From assembly GCA_938022295.1 (NCBI GenBank), contig CALIDR010000126.1, positions 1 to 49,739 on the forward strand: 49,739 nucleotides of DNA, in the 5' to 3' direction. Positions 14,185-23,147 of the stretch are shown in pieces (within the stretch, counting starts at the first letter, position 1; each line of letters opens with the position of its first letter). The notes beneath the pieces are model-generated. The model was given only the letters and a program-made list of their open reading frames with translations. It made no database searches and was not told the origin of the DNA. The position numbers were made by a program, and so were the translations under genes. This stretch comes from an uncultured Burkholderiaceae bacterium. GTDB lineage: Bacteria; Pseudomonadota; Gammaproteobacteria; Burkholderiales; Burkholderiaceae_C.

Positions 14185-14619
14185 ATGTTCAAGCACATCC
14201 TGGTTCCCACCGACGGTTCCGACATCTCGGCCAAGGCCGTCGAGCGGGCGATCGCGCTGGCCAAGCTGTCGGGCGCGACGCTGAGCGCGCTCGCGGTCAA
14301 GGAGCCGTTCCCGTACAGCGCGATCTCCGAGATGCAGCCGACACCGCCGCAGGAGTTCTTCGACGCCCAGGAGCGCATCGCCTCGGCGCGCGTGAAGGCC
14401 GTCGAGCAGGCCGCGAGCGAGGCCGGCGTCACGTGCAAGGGCTACACGGTCGAGGCCACCCACCCGTGGGAGGCGATCTGCGACCACGCGAAGAACCAGA
14501 ACTGCGACCTCATCGTGATGGCCTCGCACGGCCGCCGCGGCGTCGCGGCGCTGCTGCTCGGCAGCGAGACGCAGAAGGTGCTGACGCACACTGCCACCGC
14601 GGTGCTCGTCGTGAAGTGA
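14185..14619 (+). CDS. Universal stress protein
   Basis: MFKHILVPTDGS...DLIVMASHGRRGVAALLLGSETQKVLTH; GAGGAG RBS. Confidence 0.95.
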   Translation: MFKHILVPTDGSDISAKAVERAIALAKLSGATLSALAVKEPFPYSAISEMQPTPPQEFFDAQERIASARVKAVEQAASEAGVTCKGYTVEATHPWEAICDHAKNQNCDLIVMASHGRRGVAALLLGSETQKVLTHTATAVLVVK

Positions 14620-14620
14620 C

Positions 14621-14644
14621 GCCCCGCCGGGGTGAAGGCGGGGC
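14621..14644. terminator. Hairpin between convergent usp and ZIP genes
   Basis: GCCCCGCC-N8-GGCGGGGC immediately after the usp stop. Confidence 0.35.
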
Positions 14645-14689
14645 CACGACGCAGGCCGCAGCGGGCGGCGCCCGCCTGCGGTGCGCCGT

Positions 14690-15472
14690 TCAGTGCGCGT
14701 GCAGCGCCGCGGTGGCGCCGTAGACGACGAGCAGCCCGGCCCCGATCCACGCCACCTGCGCGACGAGGTCGCGCGGCGGCAGCCGGCGCTGCATCTGCGG
14801 CATCAGGTCGCCGACGGCGACGTAGACGAAGCTGCTCGACGCGACGACGAGCAGGTACGGGAACAGGTCCTCCCACGGCCCGACGACGAAGTAGCCGACG
14901 ACGCCGCCGGCGACCGCCGCCAGCCCCGACAGCGCGTTGAACAGCAGCGCCTTGGCGCGCGAGAAGCCGGCGTTGAGCAGCACGATGTAGTCGCCCACCT
15001 CCTGCGGGATCTCGTGGGCGACCACCGCCAGCGTCGTCACGACGCCCAGCCGCGCGTCGGTCAGGAACGCGGCGGCGATGATGATGCCGTCGCAGAAGTT
15101 GTGCACGCCGTCGCCGAACAGCACCGCCCAGCCGCCGCGGCCGGCCTGCTCGGCGTCGAAGCCGTGGTGGTGGTGGTGGTGCGGGTCGTCGCCCTCGTGA
15201 TGGTGGCCGTGGCGGTAGACCTCGGCCTTCTCGAGCAGGAAGAAGAACAGCAGCCCGCCGAGCAGGGTCGCGAACAGCGCGTGCGCGCCGGCGTCGCTCT
15301 CGAACGCCTCGGGTAGCAGGTGCAGCATCGCGGTGCCGAGCAGCACGCCGGCCGACAGGCTGACCAGGCTTCGCACGACGCGCGACAGCATCGTCACCGT
15401 CAGCGCGGCGGCGATGGCGACCGAAAGGATGCCGCCCACCAGCGTGGCGGCGACGATGTAGCCGAGCGTCAT
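14690..15472 (-). CDS. ZIP family divalent metal transporter
   Basis: HLLPEA, His-rich loop HGHHHEGDDPHHHHHH, HNFCDG, AHEIPQEVGD. Confidence 0.93.
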   Translation of the reverse strand: MTLGYIVAATLVGGILSVAIAAALTVTMLSRVVRSLVSLSAGVLLGTAMLHLLPEAFESDAGAHALFATLLGGLLFFFLLEKAEVYRHGHHHEGDDPHHHHHHGFDAEQAGRGGWAVLFGDGVHNFCDGIIIAAAFLTDARLGVVTTLAVVAHEIPQEVGDYIVLLNAGFSRAKALLFNALSGLAAVAGGVVGYFVVGPWEDLFPYLLVVASSSFVYVAVGDLMPQMQRRLPPRDLVAQVAWIGAGLLVVYGATAALHAH

Positions 15473-15557
15473 ACGTGTCCTTCGAGGCGAAGCGCCGCCG
15501 CCGGCGCCGGGCCGGGCGCGGGCGGCGGAGTGCGGGCGTCGCGCGGCCGCGCGTCGG

Positions 15558-16427
15558 TCAGCCGACGCCGTGCGACCGGAACCACTCCAGGCAGCGCTTC
15601 CAGCCGTCCTCGGCGGAATCCTTGCGGTAGCTCGGCCGGTAGTCGGCGTGGAAGGCATGCGGCGCGTCGGGGTAGACGACGAACGTCGACGCGCGCGCCG
15701 CCGCGCTGCCCCGCGCCAGCGCCGATTTCATCTTATCGACCGTGTCAAGCGGGATGCCGGCGTCGGCGCCGCCGTACAGGCCGAGCACCGGCGCGCGCAG
15801 GTTCGCCGCCACGTCGACCGGGTGCGCCGGCTGCAGCGGCGTCGAGTCGCCGACCAGGCGCCCGTACCACGCCACGCCCGCCTGCACCGGCGCGTGGGCG
15901 GCGTACAGCCACGTGATGCGCCCGCCCCAGCAGAAGCCGGTGACGCCGACGCGGTTCGCGTCGGCGCCCTCGCCGCGCGCCCAGGCGACCGCCGCGTCGA
16001 GGTCGCCCATCACCTGGCGGTCGGGCACCTTGCTGACGACCTCGGCGATCAGGCGCGCGATTTCGCCGTACATCATCGGGTCGCCCTGGCGCGCGAACAG
16101 CTCGGGGGCGATCGCGAAGTAGCCCTGGTGCGCGAAGCGGCGCGCGATGTCGGCGATGTGCTGGTGCACGCCGAAGATCTCGCTGACGACGAGCACCACC
16201 GGCGCGCCGCGGCGCCCCGCCGGGCGGGCGACGTAGGCCGGCATCGCGAAGTCGCCGACCGGTATCGTGACCTCGCCGGCCGTCAGGCCGGCGGCGTCGG
16301 TCGTGATCGCGGTCTGCGCGAGCGTGGGCAGCACGGCGGCGGCGAAACCGCCGCCGAGGCCGCCGGCGAACGCACGCCGGCGCAGCGGCCGGGACGGAAC
16401 GAGGCTGTCGAAGTCGTCGCGCAGCAT
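15558..16427 (-). CDS. Dienelactone hydrolase family protein (YghX-like, Tat-like signal)
   Basis: [22 protein letters not shown]; RRRAFAGG near the N-terminus; AAAGG RBS. Confidence 0.92.
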   Translation of the reverse strand: MLRDDFDSLVPSRPLRRRAFAGGLGGGFAAAVLPTLAQTAITTDAAGLTAGEVTIPVGDFAMPAYVARPAGRRGAPVVLVVSEIFGVHQHIADIARRFAHQGYFAIAPELFARQGDPMMYGEIARLIAEVVSKVPDRQVMGDLDAAVAWARGEGADANRVGVTGFCWGGRITWLYAAHAPVQAGVAWYGRLVGDSTPLQPAHPVDVAANLRAPVLGLYGGADAGIPLDTVDKMKSALARGSAAARASTFVVYPDAPHAFHADYRPSYRKDSAEDGWKRCLEWFRSHGVG

Positions 16428-16520
16428 GGGATCGCCTTTCGTGGAGGGGAGCCCGCGAGCATCGGCGAACTGCGGCGGCGGCGCAACGGTGGTGTCGCGC
16501 GCTGACCCCACAATGCCTGC

Positions 16521-18047
16521 ATGGTCGCTGCCGTCTCGTCCACCGTCGCCGGTCTGCTGGCCGCCGTCGACATCGGCTCGAACAGCTTCCGTCTCGAGAT
16601 CGGGCAGCTCGCGCACGGGCGCTACCGGCGCATCGACTACCTGAAGGAGACGGTGCGCCTGGGCGGTGGCCTGGACGCCCACGGCCTGCTCACCGACGCC
16701 GCCGCGCGGCGCGGCCTGGACTGCCTGGCCCGCTTCGCGAGCCGGCTGGCCGGCTTCCGGCCGGCCCAGGTGCGCGCGGTGGCCACGCAGACGCTGCGCG
16801 AGGCGCGCAACCGCGACGCCTTCCTGCTGCGCGCGCAGGAGGTGCTCGGCTATCCGATCGAGGTCATCTCCGGCCGCGAGGAGGCGCGCCTGATCTACAC
16901 CGGCGTGGCGCACCTGCAGCCCTCGGAAGGGCGGCGGCTGGTGGTCGACATCGGCGGCCGCTCGACCGAGATGATCGTCGGCGAGGGCCGCACGCCGCTG
17001 GAAGCGGAGTCGTTCCGCGTCGGCAGCGTGAGCCTGTCGCAGCGCTTCTTCGGCGACGGGCGACTGAGCGACGCGGCGTTCCGCGCCGCCCAGGTCGCCG
17101 CCGGCGCCGAGCTCGAGGAGGCGCTGACGACGTTCACGCGCCAGCGCTGGAGCGAGGCGCTGGGCTCGTCGGGCACCGTCAGTGCGGTGTCGCAGCTGCT
17201 CGTGGCGAGCCACGTCACCGACGGCGAGATCACGCCGGCCGGGCTGCGCTGGCTGATCGCGCGCTGCATCGACGCCGGCCACGTCGAGCGCCTGAAGCTG
17301 CCGGGCCTGCGCGACGACCGGCGCCCGGTGCTCGCCGGCGGGTTGTCCATCCTCTACACGCTGGCGACGCACTTCGGCATCGAGTCGCTGCAGCCGGCCA
17401 AGGGCGCGCTGCGCCAGGGCGTGATCGTCGACCTGCACGACCGCCTGACCGCGCGCCGGCGCGCCCGCGGCGGCGACATGCGCGACCGCGCCGTCGTCGA
17501 ACTGCAGCGGCGCTTCCGCGTCGACACCGCGCAGGCGCGCCGCGTGCGCTCGGTGGCGCTGGCGCTGTACGACGGCGTCGCCGCGGCGATGCCCGAGCGC
17601 AACGGCTCCGAGGCACGGCTCGAGCTCGGCTGGGCCTGCGACCTGCACGAGATCGGCATGATGGTCTCGCACCACGACCACCACCGCCACAGCGCCTACC
17701 TGCTCGCCCACGTCGACGCGCCCGGCTTCTCGCAGAGCCAGCAGCGGCGCGTCGGCGAGCTCGTGCTCGGCCAGCGCGGGGGCTTGCGCAAGATCGAGGC
17801 GGCGTTCGTCAACGACACCTACAACTGGCAGGTGCTGTGCCTGCGGCTGGCGGTGATCAAGTGCCACGCCCGTGGCGGCGTCGACCCCGCCGCGCTGCGG
17901 CTGCAGCGCCAGGGCGCGCGCGCGACGCTGTCGTTCGGCGAAGCCTGGGCGCGCAGCCACCCGCGCACGCTGTTCCTGCTCGAGGAGGAGGCGGAGACGT
18001 GGAACCGCGGCGGGCCGCTGCAGCTCGTGCTCGTCGAAAGCGGCTGA
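16521..18047 (+). CDS. ppx: Exopolyphosphatase (Ppx/GppA)
   Basis: [48 protein letters not shown]. Confidence 0.95.
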   Translation: MVAAVSSTVAGLLAAVDIGSNSFRLEIGQLAHGRYRRIDYLKETVRLGGGLDAHGLLTDAAARRGLDCLARFASRLAGFRPAQVRAVATQTLREARNRDAFLLRAQEVLGYPIEVISGREEARLIYTGVAHLQPSEGRRLVVDIGGRSTEMIVGEGRTPLEAESFRVGSVSLSQRFFGDGRLSDAAFRAAQVAAGAELEEALTTFTRQRWSEALGSSGTVSAVSQLLVASHVTDGEITPAGLRWLIARCIDAGHVERLKLPGLRDDRRPVLAGGLSILYTLATHFGIESLQPAKGALRQGVIVDLHDRLTARRRARGGDMRDRAVVELQRRFRVDTAQARRVRSVALALYDGVAAAMPERNGSEARLELGWACDLHEIGMMVSHHDHHRHSAYLLAHVDAPGFSQSQQRRVGELVLGQRGGLRKIEAAFVNDTYNWQVLCLRLAVIKCHARGGVDPAALRLQRQGARATLSFGEAWARSHPRTLFLLEEEAETWNRGGPLQLVLVESG

Positions 18048-18335
18048 GCCGAGATCCGACAGACGGCCGCTCGACTCCGCATGCAAGCTGCTCTCATGCT
18101 TGGTGTTCTCGCGCACGCGGGCGGTCACCTCTCGGGCGACGACGCTGCGCACCCGATCGAGCCGCCCTCGGACACGCTGGCGGCGTTGCGAGCCCTGCGG
18201 GCCGCCGCGGGCGGGGACGCCCCGGCTCCTCGCCAGGCGCGCACCGTCCGCAGGGACGGTGCGCGTGCGGGCTCGGCCTTGCCAGCGCGCCCGATGACGG
18301 CCCGCTCGGGCGCGCCCGACTGCCGGATCTAGGCT
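18047..18335 (+). mobile_element. ~290-bp MITE-like structured repeat, copy 1
   Basis: Imperfect ~24-bp terminal inverted repeats (AGCCGAGATCCGACAG...CTGCCGGATCTAGGCT), internal hairpins, and a second copy at 38731-39020. Confidence 0.8.
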
Positions 18336-18345
18336 CGGCCGTCCG

Positions 18346-18810
18346 TCAGACGTTGTCCGGCCCGCGCACGGTGACGATCACGACCTCGCCGTCGCCGAGC
18401 AGCCGCTGGCGCGAGCGCAGCCACCAGATCGCGCCCTTCTTGACGCTCCACGGCGTCGTGATGCCGGCCATCAGGTAGGCCGCGGTCAGCCCGAGCGTGG
18501 GCTGATGGCCGACGACGAGCACCGGCTCGCGCGCGTCGGGCCAGCGCACGGCGGCCAGCAGCGCCTCGACGCCGGCGTCAGGGGCGAGCGCGCCCACCGT
18601 CTTGAACTTGCGGTCCAGCGCCTGCGCCGTCTGCTGCGCGCGCCGCGCCGGGCTCACGAGCACCTTGGTGCTCGACGGCAGGTGCTGGTTGAGCCAGGCG
18701 GCCATCTTCTTCGCCTGCCGCTCGCCCTTGGGCGTGAGCGCGCGGTCCAGGTCCTCGCCGCTGTCGCTCGTCTCGTCGGCATCGGCGTGGCGCCACAGGA
18801 TCAGGTCCAT
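18346..18810 (-). CDS. sixA: Phosphohistidine phosphatase
   Basis: [36 protein letters not shown]. Confidence 0.92.
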   Translation of the reverse strand: MDLILWRHADADETSDSGEDLDRALTPKGERQAKKMAAWLNQHLPSSTKVLVSPARRAQQTAQALDRKFKTVGALAPDAGVEALLAAVRWPDAREPVLVVGHQPTLGLTAAYLMAGITTPWSVKKGAIWWLRSRQRLLGDGEVVIVTVRGPDNV

Positions 18811-18831
18811 CGCGGTTCCTCGTGCGCCGTC

Positions 18832-20940
18832 TCAGCGGCTGTACAGCGCCATCAGAGCCTGCTGCGCCGAGACGCCCTCGCCGGCGGCCGGCCGCACGCG
18901 CTCGTAGTGGCCGTCGGGCGCCAGCGTCCAGGCGTCGCGCGTGTCGTGCAGGTACGGCACCAGGCATTCGTCGATCACGCGCTGGCGCAGCGCGGGGTCG
19001 CGCACCGGCCACGCGACCTCGATGCGGCGGTACATGTTGCGGCTCATCCAGTCGGCGCTGCTGAGGTACAGCACTTCCTCGTCGTCGCCGTCGCCCCACG
19101 CGAAGTACAGCACGCGCGTGTGCTCGAGGAAGCGGCCGACGATCGAGCGCACGCGGATGCGCTCGGTCTGCCCCGGCACCCCGGGCGGCAGCATGCACGC
19201 GCCGCGCACGACGAGGTCGATCTGCGCGCCGGCCTGGCCGGCGGCCACCAGCGCTTCGATCAGCGCGACGTCGGTCAGCGCGTTGATCTTGACGACCACG
19301 CGCGCGCGGCGGCCGGCGCGCGCGGCGTCGGCGACCTGCTGCAGGTGGCGCAGCAGCCGCCGGTGCAGCCCGAAGGGCGCCGTCAGCAGCTGCCGCGGCG
19401 GGCGCAGCTTGACCAGGCTCGCGAGCTGCTGGAACACGGCGTCGGCGTCGGCCGTGAGATCCGGGTCGGCGGTGAGGCAGCCGACGTCGGTGTACAGCCG
19501 CGCGGTGCGCGGGTTGTAGTTGCCGGTGGACAGGTGCGCGTAGCGGCGCAGCCGCCCGCCCTCGCGGCGCGTGATCACCATCATCTTGGCGTGCGTCTTC
19601 AGGCCCACGATGCCGTAGACGACCTGCGCGCCCACCGCCTCGAGCCGCTCGGCCCAGTTGATGTTGGCCTCCTCGTCGAAGCGCGCCTTCAGCTCGACGA
19701 CGGCCATCACCTCCTTGCCGCGGCGCGCCGCCTCGAGCAGCAGGTCCATCAGCACGCTCTGCGCGCCGGTGCGGTAGATCGTCTGCTTGATCGCGAGCAC
19801 GTCCGGGTCGTCGACGGCCTGGCGCAGGAACTGCACGACCGGCTCGAAGCTCTCGAACGGGTGGTGCAGCAGCACGTCGCCCTCGCGCAGGCGCTCGAAC
19901 ATCGGCCGCTCGCGCGGCAGCCGGCGCTCGGGCCACGCCGGCTCGAACGGCGGGAAGCGCAGGTGGTCGGCGTCGGCCTGGTCGATCAGCTGGTTCAGCC
20001 GCACGAGGTTGACCGGGCCGTTGACGCGGTACAGCGCCTCCTCGGGCAGCTGGAACTGCTGCAGCAGGAAGCCCGACAGCTCGTCGGGGCAGGTGCTGAC
20101 GACCTCGAGGCGGATCGCCTGCCCGAAGTGGCGCGTCGTCAGCCCGGTGCGCAGCGCCTGGCGCAGGTTCTTGACCTCGTCCTCGTCGACGTCGAGGTCG
20201 CTGTCGCGGGTGACGCGGAACTGCGAGAAGTACGTCACCTCGCGCCCCGGGAACAGCTCGCCGAGGTGGGCGCGGATGACGCTCGTCAGCAGCACGAACG
20301 CCTGGCGGCCGCCGCTGACGTCGTCGGGCAGGCGGATCACGCGCGGCAGCACGCGCGGCACCTTGACGATCGCGATGCGGTTCTCGCGCCCGAAGGCGTC
20401 GCGCCCGCCGAGCAGGGCGATGAAGTTCAGGCTCTTGTTGGCCACCTGCGGGAACGGGTGCGCCGGGTCGAGGCCCACGGGCACCAGCAGCGGGCGCACC
20501 TGCTGCTCGAAGAAGCGTGCCACCCACGCGCGCTGCGCGGCGTCGCGCTCGGCGTGGTTGACGATCACGATGCCCTCGCGCTGCAGCGCCGGCATCACCT
20601 CGTCGTTGAAGAGGGCGTACTGCTCGTCGATCAGCGCGTGGGCGTCGGCGGCGACCTGCTTCAGGTCGCGCGGCGACACCCCGGTGCCGGGCTGGCGGCC
20701 GAGCTCGAGGTAGTCGGCGAAGCGCACCTCGAAGAACTCGTCGAGGTTGGACGAGACGATCGTGATGTAGCGCAGCCGCTCGAGCAGCGGCACGTCGTCG
20801 CGCCGCGCCTGCGCGAGCACGCGGCGGTTGAACTGCAGCGTCGAGATCTCGCGGTTCAGCCAGGCCAGCGACGACGTCGCCGCGGCCTGCACCTTGCCCG
20901 GCGTCGCGACGGGGCGGGTTTCGGCGAGGAAGTCGGTCAT
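18832..20940 (-). CDS. ppk1: Polyphosphate kinase 1
   Basis: NREIS, SSNLDEFFEVR, HPFPQV, LHHPFESF, KQTIYR, ELKARFDEEANI, KTHAK, STGNYN, FLEH, SADWMSRN. Confidence 0.97.
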   Translation of the reverse strand: MTDFLAETRPVATPGKVQAAATSSLAWLNREISTLQFNRRVLAQARRDDVPLLERLRYITIVSSNLDEFFEVRFADYLELGRQPGTGVSPRDLKQVAADAHALIDEQYALFNDEVMPALQREGIVIVNHAERDAAQRAWVARFFEQQVRPLLVPVGLDPAHPFPQVANKSLNFIALLGGRDAFGRENRIAIVKVPRVLPRVIRLPDDVSGGRQAFVLLTSVIRAHLGELFPGREVTYFSQFRVTRDSDLDVDEDEVKNLRQALRTGLTTRHFGQAIRLEVVSTCPDELSGFLLQQFQLPEEALYRVNGPVNLVRLNQLIDQADADHLRFPPFEPAWPERRLPRERPMFERLREGDVLLHHPFESFEPVVQFLRQAVDDPDVLAIKQTIYRTGAQSVLMDLLLEAARRGKEVMAVVELKARFDEEANINWAERLEAVGAQVVYGIVGLKTHAKMMVITRREGGRLRRYAHLSTGNYNPRTARLYTDVGCLTADPDLTADADAVFQQLASLVKLRPPRQLLTAPFGLHRRLLRHLQQVADAARAGRRARVVVKINALTDVALIEALVAAGQAGAQIDLVVRGACMLPPGVPGQTERIRVRSIVGRFLEHTRVLYFAWGDGDDEEVLYLSSADWMSRNMYRRIEVAWPVRDPALRQRVIDECLVPYLHDTRDAWTLAPDGHYERVRPAAGEGVSAQQALMALYSR

Positions 20941-20986
20941 CGGCGGGAGTGTAGGCACGATCGGACCGGCGCCGGGTTCGCCGTGC

Positions 20987-21018
20987 ATCGTCGCGCCAGC
21001 TCATGACGTGGCGGCGAC
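20987..21018 (-). promoter_or_regulatory. Putative PHO box promoter of ppk1-sixA
   Basis: Minus strand reads GTCGC-cgccac-GTCAT-(10 bp)-GACGAT; the -10 element is weak. Confidence 0.5.
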
Positions 21019-21039
21019 GGCGGCATTCGGGTGCGCGTC

Positions 21040-21498
21040 ATGTCATCAAGCTTCGATCCGTCGTGCCTGCGCGGTGGCCACGCAGGGTCCGGTGACCCTG
21101 CTTCCACCGGCGCAGGCGGCCAAGGCCACCGTCGCAGCGCGGTGCGGCGGTGCGCGCATGGCCAACCGCTGCTTCGGTGCGGCTTCGACCTCGACCGTGG
21201 CAACGGCTTCCAACCCCGGTTTGTCGCCGGCGGCAAACGGCCTCGTGGCGGTCGGACGTCGGGGGCACGGGCCGCACCCTGGGGCTCATCCTGGCTGCGG
21301 GACGACCGCCGCGAACGCTCCGCCGTGCCGGAGGCGAGCGACGGCCACGCGGGGCCCGACGTCGCGCCTGACCCGCGACTGCGGCTCGACGCGCCGATCC
21401 CTTTCGAAGCCAGCGAAAGCGAGACGAGGTGCTTCCGCGTGTCGCGCCTGCCCGGCGAGCCTCGATGCTTGCGAGTGTCGCTGCGCTTGCGCTTCTGA
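21040..21498 (+). pseudogene. Degenerate C-terminal fragment of a TonB-dependent outer-membrane receptor
   Basis: The frame ends RLRLD...SRLPGEPRCLRVSLRLRF-stop, resembling TBDR C-termini (PR-x-R-V-S-L-x-x-x-F); atypical codon usage; no N-terminal part. Confidence 0.5.
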
Positions 21499-21568
21499 TC
21501 CTGCCAGCTGCCGCGGGCCGCGGGCTCGCGCCGCGCGGCGACCCGAGGCGTCGCGCCCGCCCCGCTGC

Positions 21569-21600
21569 GACACCGAACTGTCACGTTCGCCACGTACCTT
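21569..21600 (+). promoter_or_regulatory. PHO box promoter of the phytase-like gene
   Basis: GACAC-cgaact-GTCAC-(10 bp)-TACCTT. Confidence 0.7.
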
Positions 21601-21630
21601 CCGTCGCTTCTCGTGAGGAGGAATCGAGTC

Positions 21631-23034
21631 ATGCAACGGATCGCACGCGCGCTCGCCGCCGCCCTCGCCGCGGCCGCCTTCGGTGCCGCAGCACAGGAGA
21701 TCGTCGCGACCTACGAACCGGTCGAAGGCGACCCGAAGCTCGACCTCGGCACTTACCGACATCCGGCCGGAGGCAAGACGCTGCGACTGTTCGGCGGCGC
21801 CGGCAGCGGCAGCTACCGCGGCCCGGGCGATCCGCCCGACGTGCTGTGGACCGTCGGCGACCGCGGGCCGAACTTCACCTGCGCCGATGCGCGAACGGTG
21901 CTCGAACTCGCGCCTGCGCTGGCCTGCCCGGCCGATCCGAGCCGGGGCGTCGCCGCCGGCGTCGGGCGCCTGTATCCGCGGCCGGACTACGCGCCGAGCA
22001 TCTACAGGCTTCGGCTCGCGCCCGGCGGCACGCTCGAGGTGCTCGACGTGATCCCCCTCAGGCGCCTGGACGGCACGCCGATCAGCGGCCTGTTGAATCC
22101 GCAGGTCACCGGCACGACGGAGATCCCGCGCGACGGCCAAGGGCGCGTCCTCGACCAGGACGCGAGCGCGATCGACGCCGAGGGCATCGTGCGCCTGCCG
22201 CACTTCGGCGGGCGGTTCTTCATCGGCGAGGAGAACGCCACCGGCCTCGTCGAAGTCGCGGCCGACGGCCGCATCCTGCAGCGCTTCGTCCCCGCCGGCA
22301 CGGCGCAGGAGTACACCCACCCGCGCGTCGGCGCGAGCGCCGGCTACCGCGTCGAAGGCATCCTGCCCGAGCTGCTCGCGAAGCGGCGCATCAACCGCGG
22401 CATCGAGTCGATGGCCGTGTCGCGCGACTTCCGCTTCCTCACCTTCATCGTGCAGAGCCCGCTCGACCACCCGGACACGAGCGTGCGCGACAGCAGGAAC
22501 ATCCGCATCTACCGCGCCGCGCTCGACCCGCACCCGAACGGCTCGACGCTGCGCCTCGTCGGCGAATGGGTCTACACGCTCGACGACGTCGACGTGCTGC
22601 GCAACGCCGGCGCGACCGACGTCCAGCGCGTGGCCGACCTGCGCGTCAGCGAGATGACGACGCTCGACGACGACCGTCTGCTCGTCATCGAGCGCACGGA
22701 CCAGGCGACCGCGCTGTACGAGATCGACCTGCGCGGGGCGACGAACCTGCTCGGCAGCGTCTGGGACGCGCCGGCCACCCGGCCCACGCTCGAGCAGCTC
22801 GGCCTGCCCGGCTTTCCGGCGCTGGCCGACGCCGGCATCGTGCCGGTGCGCAAGACGCTGCGCTTCATCGCGTCGTCGGTGCCGGGCGCGCTACCGCCGT
22901 TCGCCCGCAAGCTCGAGGGGCTCGCGCTGACGCAGCAGGGACGCCTGATCATCGTCAACGACGACGACTTCGGCATCACCGGCGAGCGCGTGCGCGTCGA
23001 CGTCGTGCGCGGTGCCGGCTTCGGCCGGCGCTGA
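21631..23034 (+). CDS. Secreted phytase-like (esterase-like activity of phytase family) beta-propeller protein
   Basis: Signal peptide; GDRGPN, IDAEGIV, NRGIESMAVS, IVQSPL, LVIER, KLEGLA, NDDDFGI; GAGGAGG RBS. Confidence 0.85.
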   Translation: MQRIARALAAALAAAAFGAAAQEIVATYEPVEGDPKLDLGTYRHPAGGKTLRLFGGAGSGSYRGPGDPPDVLWTVGDRGPNFTCADARTVLELAPALACPADPSRGVAAGVGRLYPRPDYAPSIYRLRLAPGGTLEVLDVIPLRRLDGTPISGLLNPQVTGTTEIPRDGQGRVLDQDASAIDAEGIVRLPHFGGRFFIGEENATGLVEVAADGRILQRFVPAGTAQEYTHPRVGASAGYRVEGILPELLAKRRINRGIESMAVSRDFRFLTFIVQSPLDHPDTSVRDSRNIRIYRAALDPHPNGSTLRLVGEWVYTLDDVDVLRNAGATDVQRVADLRVSEMTTLDDDRLLVIERTDQATALYEIDLRGATNLLGSVWDAPATRPTLEQLGLPGFPALADAGIVPVRKTLRFIASSVPGALPPFARKLEGLALTQQGRLIIVNDDDFGITGERVRVDVVRGAGFGRR

Positions 23035-23076
23035 ACCTTCGCGCGCCGCGGCCGACGCCCCGGGCGTGTCCCTTCG

Positions 23077-23119
23077 GTCGGGGCGCTGTCGCCACGCTGT
23101 CACCCCGGGGCGATAGCGT
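23077..23119 (+). promoter_or_regulatory. PHO box promoter of phoD
   Basis: GTCGG, GTCGC and GTCAC at an 11-bp period (23077, 23088, 23099), then 10 bp, then TAGCGT. Confidence 0.75.
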
Positions 23120-23147
23120 TTCGGCGTTGCTCCATTGCGAGGCCCCG

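Noticed and set aside
15163-15210. TGG trinucleotide run
   Set aside because: Encodes the His-rich loop of the ZIP transporter; not a separate repeat element.
18081-18332. Similar small ORFs at 18081-18332 and 38729-38935 (AAHPIEPPS...)
   Set aside because: The similarity follows from the DNA repeat; the frames diverge at an indel, so a conserved protein is not supported.
21429-23147. Apparent 570-aa N-terminal extension of PhoD (1132-aa ORF)
   Set aside because: Arg/Pro-rich alternative frame over the phytase-like gene; PhoD has its own promoter and Tat signal from 23148.
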